Positions 48,474 to 57,080 of a stretch of 64,000 nt of DNA are shown here, piece by piece. Numbering within the stretch: position 1 is the stretch's first letter; the number at the start of each line of letters is the position of its first letter. A program made the position numbers and the translations under genes. Source of the DNA: Patescibacteria group bacterium (GTDB lineage: Bacteria > Patescibacteriota > UBA1384 > XYA2-FULL-43-10 > 1-14-0-10-43-13); NCBI GenBank assembly GCA_038078835.1, contig JBBTQI010000001.1:722-64721 (forward strand). Direction: 5' to 3'. The notes under the pieces are model-generated. The model had not been told where the DNA came from and searched no databases. It was given only the letters and a program-made list of their open reading frames with translations.

Positions 48474-49490
48474 TTATTGTTTCCAGCCATCCCTGTTAAA
48501 CTCTTTTGGTTGGAAAAAAAACTGGCTCATAAAACCTAGGCTGTAAATCCAAACCGATAGCCAGCAAGCAAGCGGATGAAAAAACCAGGCTCGGTCGGGC
48601 CTCTTAATATATCCGCGACAAGACTGGAGAAAAGCAGGAATTACTAAAGTCGAGAATAGAATGAATTTGACGAAACCGATCTTGTTAAATTTAGTCCAGG
48701 GATACTTTCGGATATTTAATCTCTTGTGGTACGCGTAGTCTGTGATCCGCCGTTTCTGCTTACGAATGAAGGTGTGAACATCGCCCGAAAATACATGGAT
48801 AATTCCGACTTTGACTTTGGCGAATTTATTTTTACCCCGCGACACGAGTTCCGGAATAGCATCAATATCAAAAAGATAGTCCCTCACTTCATGAATAATA
48901 ACCTCCCTTCGGAACAAAGTCCCGTTTGCGCCGATAGTCGGAATTTTATATTTTTCGAGGGTTAGCTTAAGATAATTTCCCTTATTTTCATTAATAACGG
49001 GCAAATCTGTCCAACGACCGGTCAGGTAATTTTTGCGGTCATAATTACCCAAAAAGAGACAGATCGGGTCGTTCATCCCCATCAAGGCGCAATAGCGGGT
49101 AATATAGCCGTCCTCTTTCCGATAGGTATATTCGATCGGCTCCGAACCGATGATCTCCGGATCAGCAAAGGGCTCGACCATCCGCTTTAGCCAGTCCTTG
49201 GAGGACAGGTAGTTGTCAGAATCAATCAGAGCAATAATCTCATTTTTAGCCGCCCTAACACCGGCGGCCTTGCCAGCCTCGCCGGTTTTAAGCTTATTCT
49301 CAACAATCTTGGCACCAAATTTTTTGGCGATCTTTCTTGTTGTGTCAGTTGAGCCGCCATCAGCAACAATAATCTCCACCTTGCCTTTAGGATAGTCTTG
49401 ATCGACAATGCGCCTCAAGCACTCCGGTAGTGGTCCGGCGGCATTGAGAGTGGGAATAATGATCGAAATTGTGGGCAGATTGTCTTTCAT
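48474..49490 (-). CDS. Glycosyltransferase family 2
   Basis: ISIIIPTLNAAGPLPECLRRIVDQDYPKGKVEIIVADGGSTDTT...LIDSDN. Confidence 0.8.
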   Translation of the reverse strand: MKDNLPTISIIIPTLNAAGPLPECLRRIVDQDYPKGKVEIIVADGGSTDTTRKIAKKFGAKIVENKLKTGEAGKAAGVRAAKNEIIALIDSDNYLSSKDWLKRMVEPFADPEIIGSEPIEYTYRKEDGYITRYCALMGMNDPICLFLGNYDRKNYLTGRWTDLPVINENKGNYLKLTLEKYKIPTIGANGTLFRREVIIHEVRDYLFDIDAIPELVSRGKNKFAKVKVGIIHVFSGDVHTFIRKQKRRITDYAYHKRLNIRKYPWTKFNKIGFVKFILFSTLVIPAFLQSCRGYIKRPDRAWFFHPLACWLSVWIYSLGFMSQFFFQPKEFNRDGWKQ

Positions 49491-49523
49491 TGTTATTGAA
49501 CTACGATTAGAACTGCTGGCAGC

Positions 49524-51152
49524 CTATCTCGTCTTGGCGGTTTTTTCCCTCGGCGAGAAATCCATTAAGTGGCCCAAGACTTTGCCGGCCGCTCTAAAGA
49601 GAAATTTGACATCGCTAAGATTTCTGACGCCCAGAATTTTTCTCAAGATAAACTTCGGCGTGATAAATGATTTATAAAGACCTTGCGTCAACTCTTTGAT
49701 GTCCTCCTCTGTCAAAGGTGATTTCATCACTGCCATGCGCTGGTCGTAATCCTCCCAGTCCTCCGTTAAGAGCCAGCCATTCTTTTTGCACTCGGCAAAG
49801 AGCGGCGTGCCCGGGTAAGGGATAACGATGGTTGCCTGAAGAGTGTCGACATAACCTTTATCAAAAAGCTTCTTTGACAATTCGATTGTTCTTTCGGCGT
49901 CTCTCTTGCTCTCCCAGGGATACCCCATCATCGTCGTTATATGGGGCTCAAGTCCGCCCTTCTTGGCCATCCGGACACCTTTTTCGATTTCCGCTACCTT
50001 GAGGTTTTTATTGATCCGGTCGAGCGTCTTTTGGTTCGCCGATTCCAAGCCGTAGAGAATAAAGCGAAAACCGGCCTTCCCCATCAGATTATACTCCTCC
50101 TGATTTAGAGCTTTAAGGCGCATATTGCAGTCGATTTTGATCTTCTTGTTGTAACCGCGCTCAATCATCCCCTCACAGAACTCTTTGAGCCATGATCCGA
50201 TGGGAAAGGAGCCGGAGTCGTCCATAATCTCCTTAATGTGATATTTTTCAATCAATGTGCCGATTTCGTCCAGCACTCGCTTGACCGAGTGCTTGCGGTA
50301 ATCCTTACCGGGATAAAGGGTGGTCCAGCTGCAGAACCCACATTTTCCCCACCAGCAATCGCGAGCGGCATAAGTGTAGGTCCCAGGTGTTCGCTTGTAG
50401 TTACCGTTCTTGTAGGCGTAAAGATGCCACTTGGTGAGATCCCGGTCGATCAACGGGAGCTCATCAAGATCGTGATTAAGCTCAAAATGCCCCGTGTTTT
50501 GGTAGTTGGTAGCCAGTGATTGGTATTTGGTATTTAGGGATTGAGTTTTGGAACTTATTTGGGATTTGGGATTTGGGATTTGGGATTTTCCAGAGCGGTA
50601 CCAAATTCCCGGCTCGAGTGATTCGCCGTGATTAAGATGATTAGCGATATTCAATAGAAGAAAATCATAATCGCCGCCGGTGGCAATATAATCTACCTTT
50701 GAATTTTCCATTGATTCCCGCGGCAAAGCAGTCACATGATCACCGACCAGGACAATTTTCAAATTCCAGTCTTCAGTTTTCAATGATTCTTCTTTGAGAA
50801 CATCGATTACCTTCCAGTGGCGCTTGACTACCGGCGCTTTGGTTTCCAGCATTATAAGATCCGGCTTAAACCGCTTAATCCGCTCCAGCCACTCCTCCTG
50901 TGTCAACTCCTCGGCAATACCGTCATCCCACATCACTTCATAACCCTGATCCTGAAGCAGTGAGGCCGCGTATGAGGGGACCATCGGATAAATATAGGTC
51001 GGATTATTAAACCATTGAAACTGGCGGTTCTGGCCCAAACAGGGGGTGCCCTTCTCGTCCGGCATCGGCGGATAGGAAATCGCTACCTTGAATTTCGCGT
51101 TCTTCCTCCGCTGATCTTCTGTTGGTTTGGCAATATGTTTAATTGGTCTCAT
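49524..51152 (-). CDS. B12-binding domain radical SAM enzyme (class B rSAM, probable sugar methyltransferase/modifier)
   Basis: N-terminal cobalamin-binding-like domain (KPDLIMLETKAPV...KIVLVGDHVT), then CWWGKCGFC (Cx4Cx2C) and an rSAM core. Contains an in-frame CAAAT-family element at 50497-50590 in the interdomain linker. Confidence 0.6.
   Translation of the reverse strand: MRPIKHIAKPTEDQRRKNAKFKVAISYPPMPDEKGTPCLGQNRQFQWFNNPTYIYPMVPSYAASLLQDQGYEVMWDDGIAEELTQEEWLERIKRFKPDLIMLETKAPVVKRHWKVIDVLKEESLKTEDWNLKIVLVGDHVTALPRESMENSKVDYIATGGDYDFLLLNIANHLNHGESLEPGIWYRSGKSQIPNPKSQISSKTQSLNTKYQSLATNYQNTGHFELNHDLDELPLIDRDLTKWHLYAYKNGNYKRTPGTYTYAARDCWWGKCGFCSWTTLYPGKDYRKHSVKRVLDEIGTLIEKYHIKEIMDDSGSFPIGSWLKEFCEGMIERGYNKKIKIDCNMRLKALNQEEYNLMGKAGFRFILYGLESANQKTLDRINKNLKVAEIEKGVRMAKKGGLEPHITTMMGYPWESKRDAERTIELSKKLFDKGYVDTLQATIVIPYPGTPLFAECKKNGWLLTEDWEDYDQRMAVMKSPLTEEDIKELTQGLYKSFITPKFILRKILGVRNLSDVKFLFRAAGKVLGHLMDFSPREKTAKTR
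50497..50590. repeat. CAAAT-family element inside CDS with TTGGGA x4 hexamer run (encodes KSQIPNPKSQISSKTQSLNTKYQSLATNYQ)
   Basis: tttggaacttatttgggatttgggatttgggatttgggatttt. In-frame within the rSAM gene. Confidence 0.6.
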
Positions 51153-51159
51153 TGGCTCC

Positions 51160-52185
51160 TCAATCGTTAAATTGCTGGCTGGCTAATTTTCTGGTCAAAA
51201 ACCCTTGTCCGAATCTGATCCCATACCACACGTGGGTTAATAATATCATAAGCGGCGTCAAGATTCCAAGCAGAGGGTTGCGCCAGCGCCAAACGGCCAC
51301 CGAACCATCAACTAAAACACCAACCAGATAGAGAAGCAGGGGAATTAAGACCAAACCAAGAGGAAACCCTGAACTTGAAAATTGAACTATGAGTCCTAAA
51401 AGATATAAATCAAAAAGTAGGGGCACAAAGTAAAAAAGGCGGCGGGAGGTCTCCGGATATATTCGGGCGAAGTGGCCGCGATGCAGGGCATAGTTGCCAA
51501 TCTGGTAAAAATGTTTGCGCAAATTGCTCCGGCGATGGTGATAAACTATCGCCTTGGGCTCATAGACAATCTCGTAACCGGCATTAATCAGATCAAGACA
51601 AAGCTTGGTGTCCTCGCCGGGCCAGTAGCTGCTGTCAAATCCGCCCAACTGCGCAAAAGCATCAAACCTAACCAGAAAGTTAACGGTCGGCCAGTCATCA
51701 ATCCGCCGTGGTTTGCCAATGGGCAGATAGCGGCTGCGGGCGCCGCCCGCGCCGAGGAATGATTCAAAAACAGCGCCGGAGGTTTTCTGCAAAACATCAT
51801 CATCGGCCGGCGTCATTGCTGGCCCGCCCACCGCCGCGACTTTTTTCCGGCGAAAGTGTTTGACCGCCCTCCGAAGCCAATCGGGTTCCGGATAGGCGTC
51901 ATCATCCAAAAAAGCCAAGATCTCGCCGCGAGCATACTTGAGGGTCATATCGCGCTTCTCGGCCGGGCCAACCTTTCCCGAAGCAATAATCTTTGTTTTG
52001 GGCCAGCGGTGCTTTCTGTCCGGCTTATCCGGAATCACAATAATTTCATAGTCCGGCCAGTCCAACTCTAAAATCTTCGGGATCGATTCCTGAATATAAT
52101 CGTTGACGGCAACAACCGGAATGACAATTGAGACGGAGGGTAATTTACTCTTCACGCGATCACCTTTTAAAGGAGTCGAAGCCAA
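51160..52185 (-). CDS. Glycosyltransferase family 2 with C-terminal TM helices (polyprenyl-phosphate sugar synthase-like)
   Basis: VSIVIPVVAVNDYIQESIPKILELDWPDYEIIVIPD...FLDDDAYPEPDW. C-terminal TM segments (LFYFVPLLFDLYLLGLIVQF, LGLVLIPLLLYLVGVLV). Confidence 0.75.
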   Translation of the reverse strand: MASTPLKGDRVKSKLPSVSIVIPVVAVNDYIQESIPKILELDWPDYEIIVIPDKPDRKHRWPKTKIIASGKVGPAEKRDMTLKYARGEILAFLDDDAYPEPDWLRRAVKHFRRKKVAAVGGPAMTPADDDVLQKTSGAVFESFLGAGGARSRYLPIGKPRRIDDWPTVNFLVRFDAFAQLGGFDSSYWPGEDTKLCLDLINAGYEIVYEPKAIVYHHRRSNLRKHFYQIGNYALHRGHFARIYPETSRRLFYFVPLLFDLYLLGLIVQFSSSGFPLGLVLIPLLLYLVGVLVDGSVAVWRWRNPLLGILTPLMILLTHVWYGIRFGQGFLTRKLASQQFND

Positions 52186-52318
52186 TATAAAACACCCCTA
52201 GCTTGCGCCGCGGGGTATTTTTTAACGCACTGAATACACCTGCGGCGTTTACTATCTTATTTACCCCGCCCTTACGGGCATGGGTCTCTCTTGTTATAGC
52301 GTAAATGGGCCGGAACGT

Positions 52319-53230
52319 CTACCCCGCCTGATTCAAGATTGATTCGAGGTGAGATCTGATGGCCTGACCGGTTTCGGGATTTTTGAGAGCGAAATCAATA
52401 TTGGTTTTAATGTAATCAATCTTATTACCAATATCATAGCGCTGGCCGTTAATCTCGTAAGCGTAGAGTCCCTCTTTCTTGGCCAGCATCCTCATCGAAT
52501 CGGTAATCTGAATCTCACCGCCCTTGCCGGGCTTTGTCCGCTCGATATAGCCGAAGATCGCCGGCGCGAAAAGATAGCGCGAGGCCACCGCCAGCCGTGA
52601 AGGCGCCCGCGCCGCCGCCGGCTTTTCAACAAGATCATGGACATCAAGATATTTCACTCCGGCGGAAGTTTTTTGCGATTTGTTTTCGCCCGGATCAATG
52701 ATGCCGTAGCGGCTGACATCAGCGGGATTTTGAACATATTCCGTTGCCACGACCGATTTATCGGTTTCGTTAAAGATCTCGATCATCTCACTTAGACAGG
52801 GATCGCAGCCGTTCGAGTCGATAATCGTGTCGCCAAGAAGGACAACAAAGGAATCAGCGCCGACAAAACTTTTACCCTGATAAATGGCATCGGCCAAACC
52901 GAGCTGACGGCGTTGGCGAGTGAATTGGATCTTGGCCAGGTTGGCGATCTGCCGCACCTCTTGTAAAAGTTCGGTCTTTCCCTTGGCTTCAAGTAAATTC
53001 TCCAATTCAAAGGGGGGATCAAAGTGATCCTCGACCGCTCGCTTGCTTCGGCCGGTGATAATAAGAATCTCGGTGATGCCGGCGGCAACCGCCTCCTCAA
53101 CCACATATTGAATAACCGGCTTGTCTACCACCACCAACATCTCCTTGGGTTGAGCAATCGTTGCCGGCAAAAAACGGGTCCCCAGGCCCGCCGCCGGAAT
53201 AATGGCTTTTTTAATTCGGCATCGTTTCAT
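52319..53230 (-). CDS. galU: UTP--glucose-1-phosphate uridylyltransferase
   Basis: KAIIPAAGLGTRFLPATIAQPKEMLVVVDKPVIQYVVEEAVAAGITEILIITGRSKRAVEDHFD, a near-canonical GalU N-terminus. Confidence 0.85.
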   Translation of the reverse strand: MKRCRIKKAIIPAAGLGTRFLPATIAQPKEMLVVVDKPVIQYVVEEAVAAGITEILIITGRSKRAVEDHFDPPFELENLLEAKGKTELLQEVRQIANLAKIQFTRQRRQLGLADAIYQGKSFVGADSFVVLLGDTIIDSNGCDPCLSEMIEIFNETDKSVVATEYVQNPADVSRYGIIDPGENKSQKTSAGVKYLDVHDLVEKPAAARAPSRLAVASRYLFAPAIFGYIERTKPGKGGEIQITDSMRMLAKKEGLYAYEINGQRYDIGNKIDYIKTNIDFALKNPETGQAIRSHLESILNQAG

Positions 53231-54574
53231 TTAATTAGTTGCGACAACCTTTTCCTTGCTTCGTCCCGCCTGTTTGGATGTCCCGAACCGGCCGACGGAA
53301 TAATACTCAAAGCCCAGCTCTTTCATTCGGGCCGGGGCGTAAATGTTCCGACCATCGAGAATTACCGGCCGGCTCATTATCCCTCTAACCTCGGAAAGAT
53401 TAATTTGTTTGAATTCATCCCACTCGGTAATGACCAGGAGGGCGTCAGCGCCACGGCAGGCTTCTATTGATTTTTTTGCCAAAGAAGCTTGCGGAAAAAT
53501 TTTTGCGATGTTCTCCGCCGCAACCGGATCGTAAACCGTGATCTTGGCGCCAAGAGAGAGCAAACTTTCAATAATACTGACGGCCGGCGCATCGCGAATA
53601 TCATCGGTTTTCGGTTTAAAGGCGATTCCCCAGACCGCAATCCGTTTCCCCTTAAGATCACCTAGCGTTTCTTTCACCTTTAGCACAAACCGCTGGCGCT
53701 GCTCTTTGTTGACCGCCTCCACCTCCTCCAGTATCCGAAAGTCAACTTTGTTTTCCCTGGCAATCTGGATCAGGGCGGAGACATCCTTGGGGAAGCAGGA
53801 GCCGCCGTAACCAAGACCAGCGGAAAGAAACGCCCGTTGACCGATTCGTTTATCGAGCTTCATCCCGCGAGCGACATCAGCGACATCGGCCCCAACCTGT
53901 TCACAGACATTGGCAACCGAATTGATGAAGGAAATTTGCGTTGCTAAATATGAGTTTGAAGCGTATTTAATCATCTCGGCCGTCTCTAAGTTGGTAATCA
54001 GAATCGGAGCGCCCAGCACCATATAGAGTTCGGCAACTTTATAGGCTGCTGTTTTGCCATTGTTGCAACCAATGACCACGCGGTCCGGGTGCATAAAGTC
54101 ATCAATGGCCGATCCCTCCCGCAAAAATTCGGGGTTTGAAACAACATCAAAATCGCCGCGATAATATTTTTTAATTGTGTTCCGAACGAGTTCCCCCGTG
54201 CCAATGGGAACGGTGCTTTTGTTAACGATAACAGCATAATGGTCGAGACACTTGCCAATCTCCGCCGCCGCCGCCAGGACATATTTTAGGTCGGCCCGCC
54301 CCGATTCGTCCGGCGGGGTACCAACAGCGATAAAAATAATTTTTGTCCCCTTGATCTGCTGAGCCAGCGAAGTGTTAAAGCCGATTCGTCCTGCTCCGAG
54401 ATTCTTTCGGATCAACTCCTCAATTCCAGGTTCATAGATCGGCGAGACACCTCGCCGCAGTTTGGCGATTTTCTCCTCGTCAATATCAACACAAACAACC
54501 TCATTGCCAAGTTCTGCCAAACAAACACCCTGGACTAAACCGACATAACCCGTGCCGACAACAGCAATCTTCAT
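53231..54574 (-). CDS. ugd: UDP-glucose 6-dehydrogenase
   Basis: MKIAVVGTGYVGLVQGVCLAELGNEVVCVDIDEEKI...GGSCFPKDV (active-site Cys motif). Start at the internal Met rather than the TTG ORF start. Confidence 0.85.
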   Translation of the reverse strand: MKIAVVGTGYVGLVQGVCLAELGNEVVCVDIDEEKIAKLRRGVSPIYEPGIEELIRKNLGAGRIGFNTSLAQQIKGTKIIFIAVGTPPDESGRADLKYVLAAAAEIGKCLDHYAVIVNKSTVPIGTGELVRNTIKKYYRGDFDVVSNPEFLREGSAIDDFMHPDRVVIGCNNGKTAAYKVAELYMVLGAPILITNLETAEMIKYASNSYLATQISFINSVANVCEQVGADVADVARGMKLDKRIGQRAFLSAGLGYGGSCFPKDVSALIQIARENKVDFRILEEVEAVNKEQRQRFVLKVKETLGDLKGKRIAVWGIAFKPKTDDIRDAPAVSIIESLLSLGAKITVYDPVAAENIAKIFPQASLAKKSIEACRGADALLVITEWDEFKQINLSEVRGIMSRPVILDGRNIYAPARMKELGFEYYSVGRFGTSKQAGRSKEKVVATN

Positions 54575-54698
54575 TGCACCTCCAAATGAAAAAATCCCGA
54601 ATATGATGACAGTCAAGATAGTTGAATATCTCGCTTATATCTTAGTTCGATTCACCTGTTCACAATATTATCAAAACTGAAAATTTTAAGGAAGGACC

Positions 54699-54735
54699 CC
54701 CGCCACTCGTGAGTGGCAGGGGTCCATAGGTTGTC
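54699..54735 (-). terminator. GC-rich hairpin (GGACCCCCGCCACTC / GAGTGGCAGGGGTCC) followed on minus strand by T-rich tract
   Basis: 14/15 bp stem immediately downstream (minus strand) of the 54741..55121 ORF. The minus-strand continuation is ttccttaaaattttcagtttt. Confidence 0.55.
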
Positions 54736-54740
54736 CCTGT

Positions 54741-55121
54741 CTAGAGACGAAGGAGCTCAAAGCTGTTGGCGGAGTCTCTGATCTCGTTCTCCAGCCGCCC
54801 GAACTCGTCCCTGAGCACTCTGGCAAAAGCCAGGCTTGTGCCGCGAAAGAGCCGCTCGGCATCGTCAACGCCCTCGCAGCGGGTAGCGTTGACGAAATCG
54901 CTAAAGCTCCAGTGTGTCGGCTCCGGTCCCCTGATGTAGAACCGATCGCTCGGCAAGAAGCTCACCGTCGCCTGCAAGCCCCAGAGCGGCATCGCCAGCA
55001 CGGCGCCGATGCCGGCCTCCATCGCCAAATCCGAGGGATTGCCGGCCAGCGCCGCCCGCGCCGGCACCGAATATAAGAGTGATCGGATCGGCCAATCGTT
55101 CCCTGTGATCTCCATCTCCAT
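54741..55121 (-). CDS. Hypothetical protein (126 aa) in a GC-rich islet
   Basis: ORF in a locally GC-rich segment (54.7-55.1 kb) bounded by its own terminator hairpin. No recognisable family. Alternative overlapping frames exist, so coding status is uncertain. Confidence 0.3.
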   Translation of the reverse strand: MEMEITGNDWPIRSLLYSVPARAALAGNPSDLAMEAGIGAVLAMPLWGLQATVSFLPSDRFYIRGPEPTHWSFSDFVNATRCEGVDDAERLFRGTSLAFARVLRDEFGRLENEIRDSANSFELLRL

Positions 55122-55257
55122 CTCCTCTCATCAGAGACCATCGAGAGTGAAGATAACCGATTGTGCAAAAATAAGCAAGTAAAGCTCGTAGAGCAATAAG
55201 ACTATATAAAATAAATGCCTTACCAGCTTTACTGCGGATCTATTGATTCATCCTTTA

Positions 55258-56196
55258 TCATTTTGATTTTTGACGCTTAAACCACTCTATTGTCTTCTTC
55301 AGTCCCTCCTTCAATTTCACCTTTGGCTCCCAATCGAGTTCTTTTTTGGCCAATGATATATCGGGGCGGCGCTGGCCGGGGTCATCTTCGGGCAGGGGTT
55401 TGTGAATGATCTTCGATTTCGAGCCGGTCAGAGCCAGCACCTTTTCGGCCAGCTCCAGCATGGTAAACTCCTCCGGATTGCCAATGTTGATCGGACCCTC
55501 GATATCAGAGCGAATCATTCTTAAGTTGGCTTCGATTTGGTCGTCGACATAACAAAAGGAGCGTGTTTGCCTACCCTCGCCAAAAACAGTTAAATCCTTG
55601 CCGGCCAACGCTTGCCGGATAAAAGTTGAGACAACGCGGCCGTCAAAAGGCTTCATCTTGGGGCCGTAGGTGTTAAAGATGCGAATAAGACCGGTGTTGA
55701 CGCCAAAATCCTTACGGTAAATGTAGATTAGAGCCTCGGCATAGCGCTTAGCCTCGTCGTAGCAGGACCGTTCGCCATAGGAATTAACACGCCCCCAATA
55801 TTTCTCGGTCTGGGGATGTTCCAGGGGGTCGCCGTACACTTCCGAGGTAGAGGTGTGAAAAAAACGGGCTTGATGTTTCTTGGCTAATTCGAGCAAGTTT
55901 TTTACGCCGACCGAACTCACTTCCAGCGTCTCGACCGGATAGCGACGGTAATCGAGCGGCGAGGCCGGGCAGGCATAATTTAGGACGTAATCAATTTTGT
56001 CGTTGATTGGTAACGGCCTTCTGACATCATGTTCTAAAAAACGGAAGTTGGGATTGCTTTTAAATTCCTCAATATTGGAGAGCAGGCCGGTGATGAGATT
56101 GTCGACGATGGTAACCCGCTCTCCCTCATTCAATAGCCGATCAACTAAATTGGCGCCCAAAAAACCGGCGCCGCCGCAAACGAGGTAATGCTTCAT
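55258..56196 (-). CDS. UDP-glucuronate decarboxylase (UDP-xylose synthase, UXS/ArnA-C-like SDR)
   Basis: MKHYLVCGGAGFLGANLVDRL...FFHTSTSEVYGDPLEHPQTE...SCYDEAKRYAE...INIGNPEEFTMLELAEKV, hallmark UXS motifs. Confidence 0.75.
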   Translation of the reverse strand: MKHYLVCGGAGFLGANLVDRLLNEGERVTIVDNLITGLLSNIEEFKSNPNFRFLEHDVRRPLPINDKIDYVLNYACPASPLDYRRYPVETLEVSSVGVKNLLELAKKHQARFFHTSTSEVYGDPLEHPQTEKYWGRVNSYGERSCYDEAKRYAEALIYIYRKDFGVNTGLIRIFNTYGPKMKPFDGRVVSTFIRQALAGKDLTVFGEGRQTRSFCYVDDQIEANLRMIRSDIEGPINIGNPEEFTMLELAEKVLALTGSKSKIIHKPLPEDDPGQRRPDISLAKKELDWEPKVKLKEGLKKTIEWFKRQKSK

Positions 56197-56975
56197 TGTT
56201 CCGCCTCCACAATTTTGATCGCTCGAAAAGTCTTTGTCTGATCCGGCTGGCGGCGATAATAGTTGAGGACCCGGGCCCGGTAAAAGATCGCCAAGGTGTC
56301 AACCAGCATCCTTTTGATCGTGCCAAAGGTGGCCGCGCCAACTTTGCCGGCGTTAAACTTCATCTCCACCGGCGCCTCAAAGATACGGTGGAAGCCCAGC
56401 TGGCGGGCAATCACCAGCATCTCCAGATCAAAGGCATAGCGCTTGACCAGAACTCGCAGCATAACATCCTTGGCCGCCTTCTTGCGCAGAAACTTCAGAC
56501 CGGTTTGGGTGTCGGTCACATTCAAGCCAAAGAGAATTCGCACCATCTTGTGATAAGCATAGGAGTAGAGGCGGCGAGCCGGAGGATAATTAATCTTTGA
56601 GGCAGGATGGCGCTTGGAGCCGATCACAAAATCGGCATCAAAGATCTCCATCAGCTTGACGCACTTATCGAACTGGCCCGGATCAAAGTCGCCGCCGGCA
56701 TCGGTAAAGGTGATAATCTCCCCCTTGGCAATTCTTGTTCCGACCTTTAAGGCATAACCCTTGCCATGATTTTTGTCGTACTCAAAAACTCTGACCTTTT
56801 TGGAGCGATGGCGCCGTGCCTCTTTGGCGGTGTTGTCAGGCGAGCCGTCAACAATCACAATCACCTCGTAGTCATAGTCCAGAATATCGTGCGCCTTCAA
56901 AATATGATCTACCGTCTGATAGATGTTCTTCTCCTCCTTATACGCCGGAATGATGATTGAGAGTTTCGGATTCAT
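56193..56975 (-). CDS. Glycosyltransferase family 2
   Basis: LSIIIPAYKEEKNIYQTVDHI...VIVIVDGSPDNT...TFTDAGGDFDP. Confidence 0.8.
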   Translation of the reverse strand: MNPKLSIIIPAYKEEKNIYQTVDHILKAHDILDYDYEVIVIVDGSPDNTAKEARRHRSKKVRVFEYDKNHGKGYALKVGTRIAKGEIITFTDAGGDFDPGQFDKCVKLMEIFDADFVIGSKRHPASKINYPPARRLYSYAYHKMVRILFGLNVTDTQTGLKFLRKKAAKDVMLRVLVKRYAFDLEMLVIARQLGFHRIFEAPVEMKFNAGKVGAATFGTIKRMLVDTLAIFYRARVLNYYRRQPDQTKTFRAIKIVEAEQ

Positions 56976-57003
56976 CGTAAACCAATCAAGAATGGATAAC
57001 TAA

Positions 57004-57080
57004 TTTTCCAAATGACTAATGACGAATATGACGATCCCCTTATTGGTTATTCGTTATTTGGATAATTTGTCATCCATTTG
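57004..57080. repeat. CAAAT/ATTTG palindromic element (intergenic, between GT2 and rmlD)
   Basis: ttccaaatgactaatgacgaatatgacg paired with ttattcgttatttggataatttgtcatccatttg. Confidence 0.5.

Noticed and set aside
50555-50590. Short regularly spaced repeats (GGGATTT x4) and the dispersed palindromes considered as a possible CRISPR array
   Set aside because: The units are 6-8 nt tandem repeats without spacers. The dispersed elements are single palindromes, not arrays of 25-40 nt repeats with unique spacers, and no cas genes are present.
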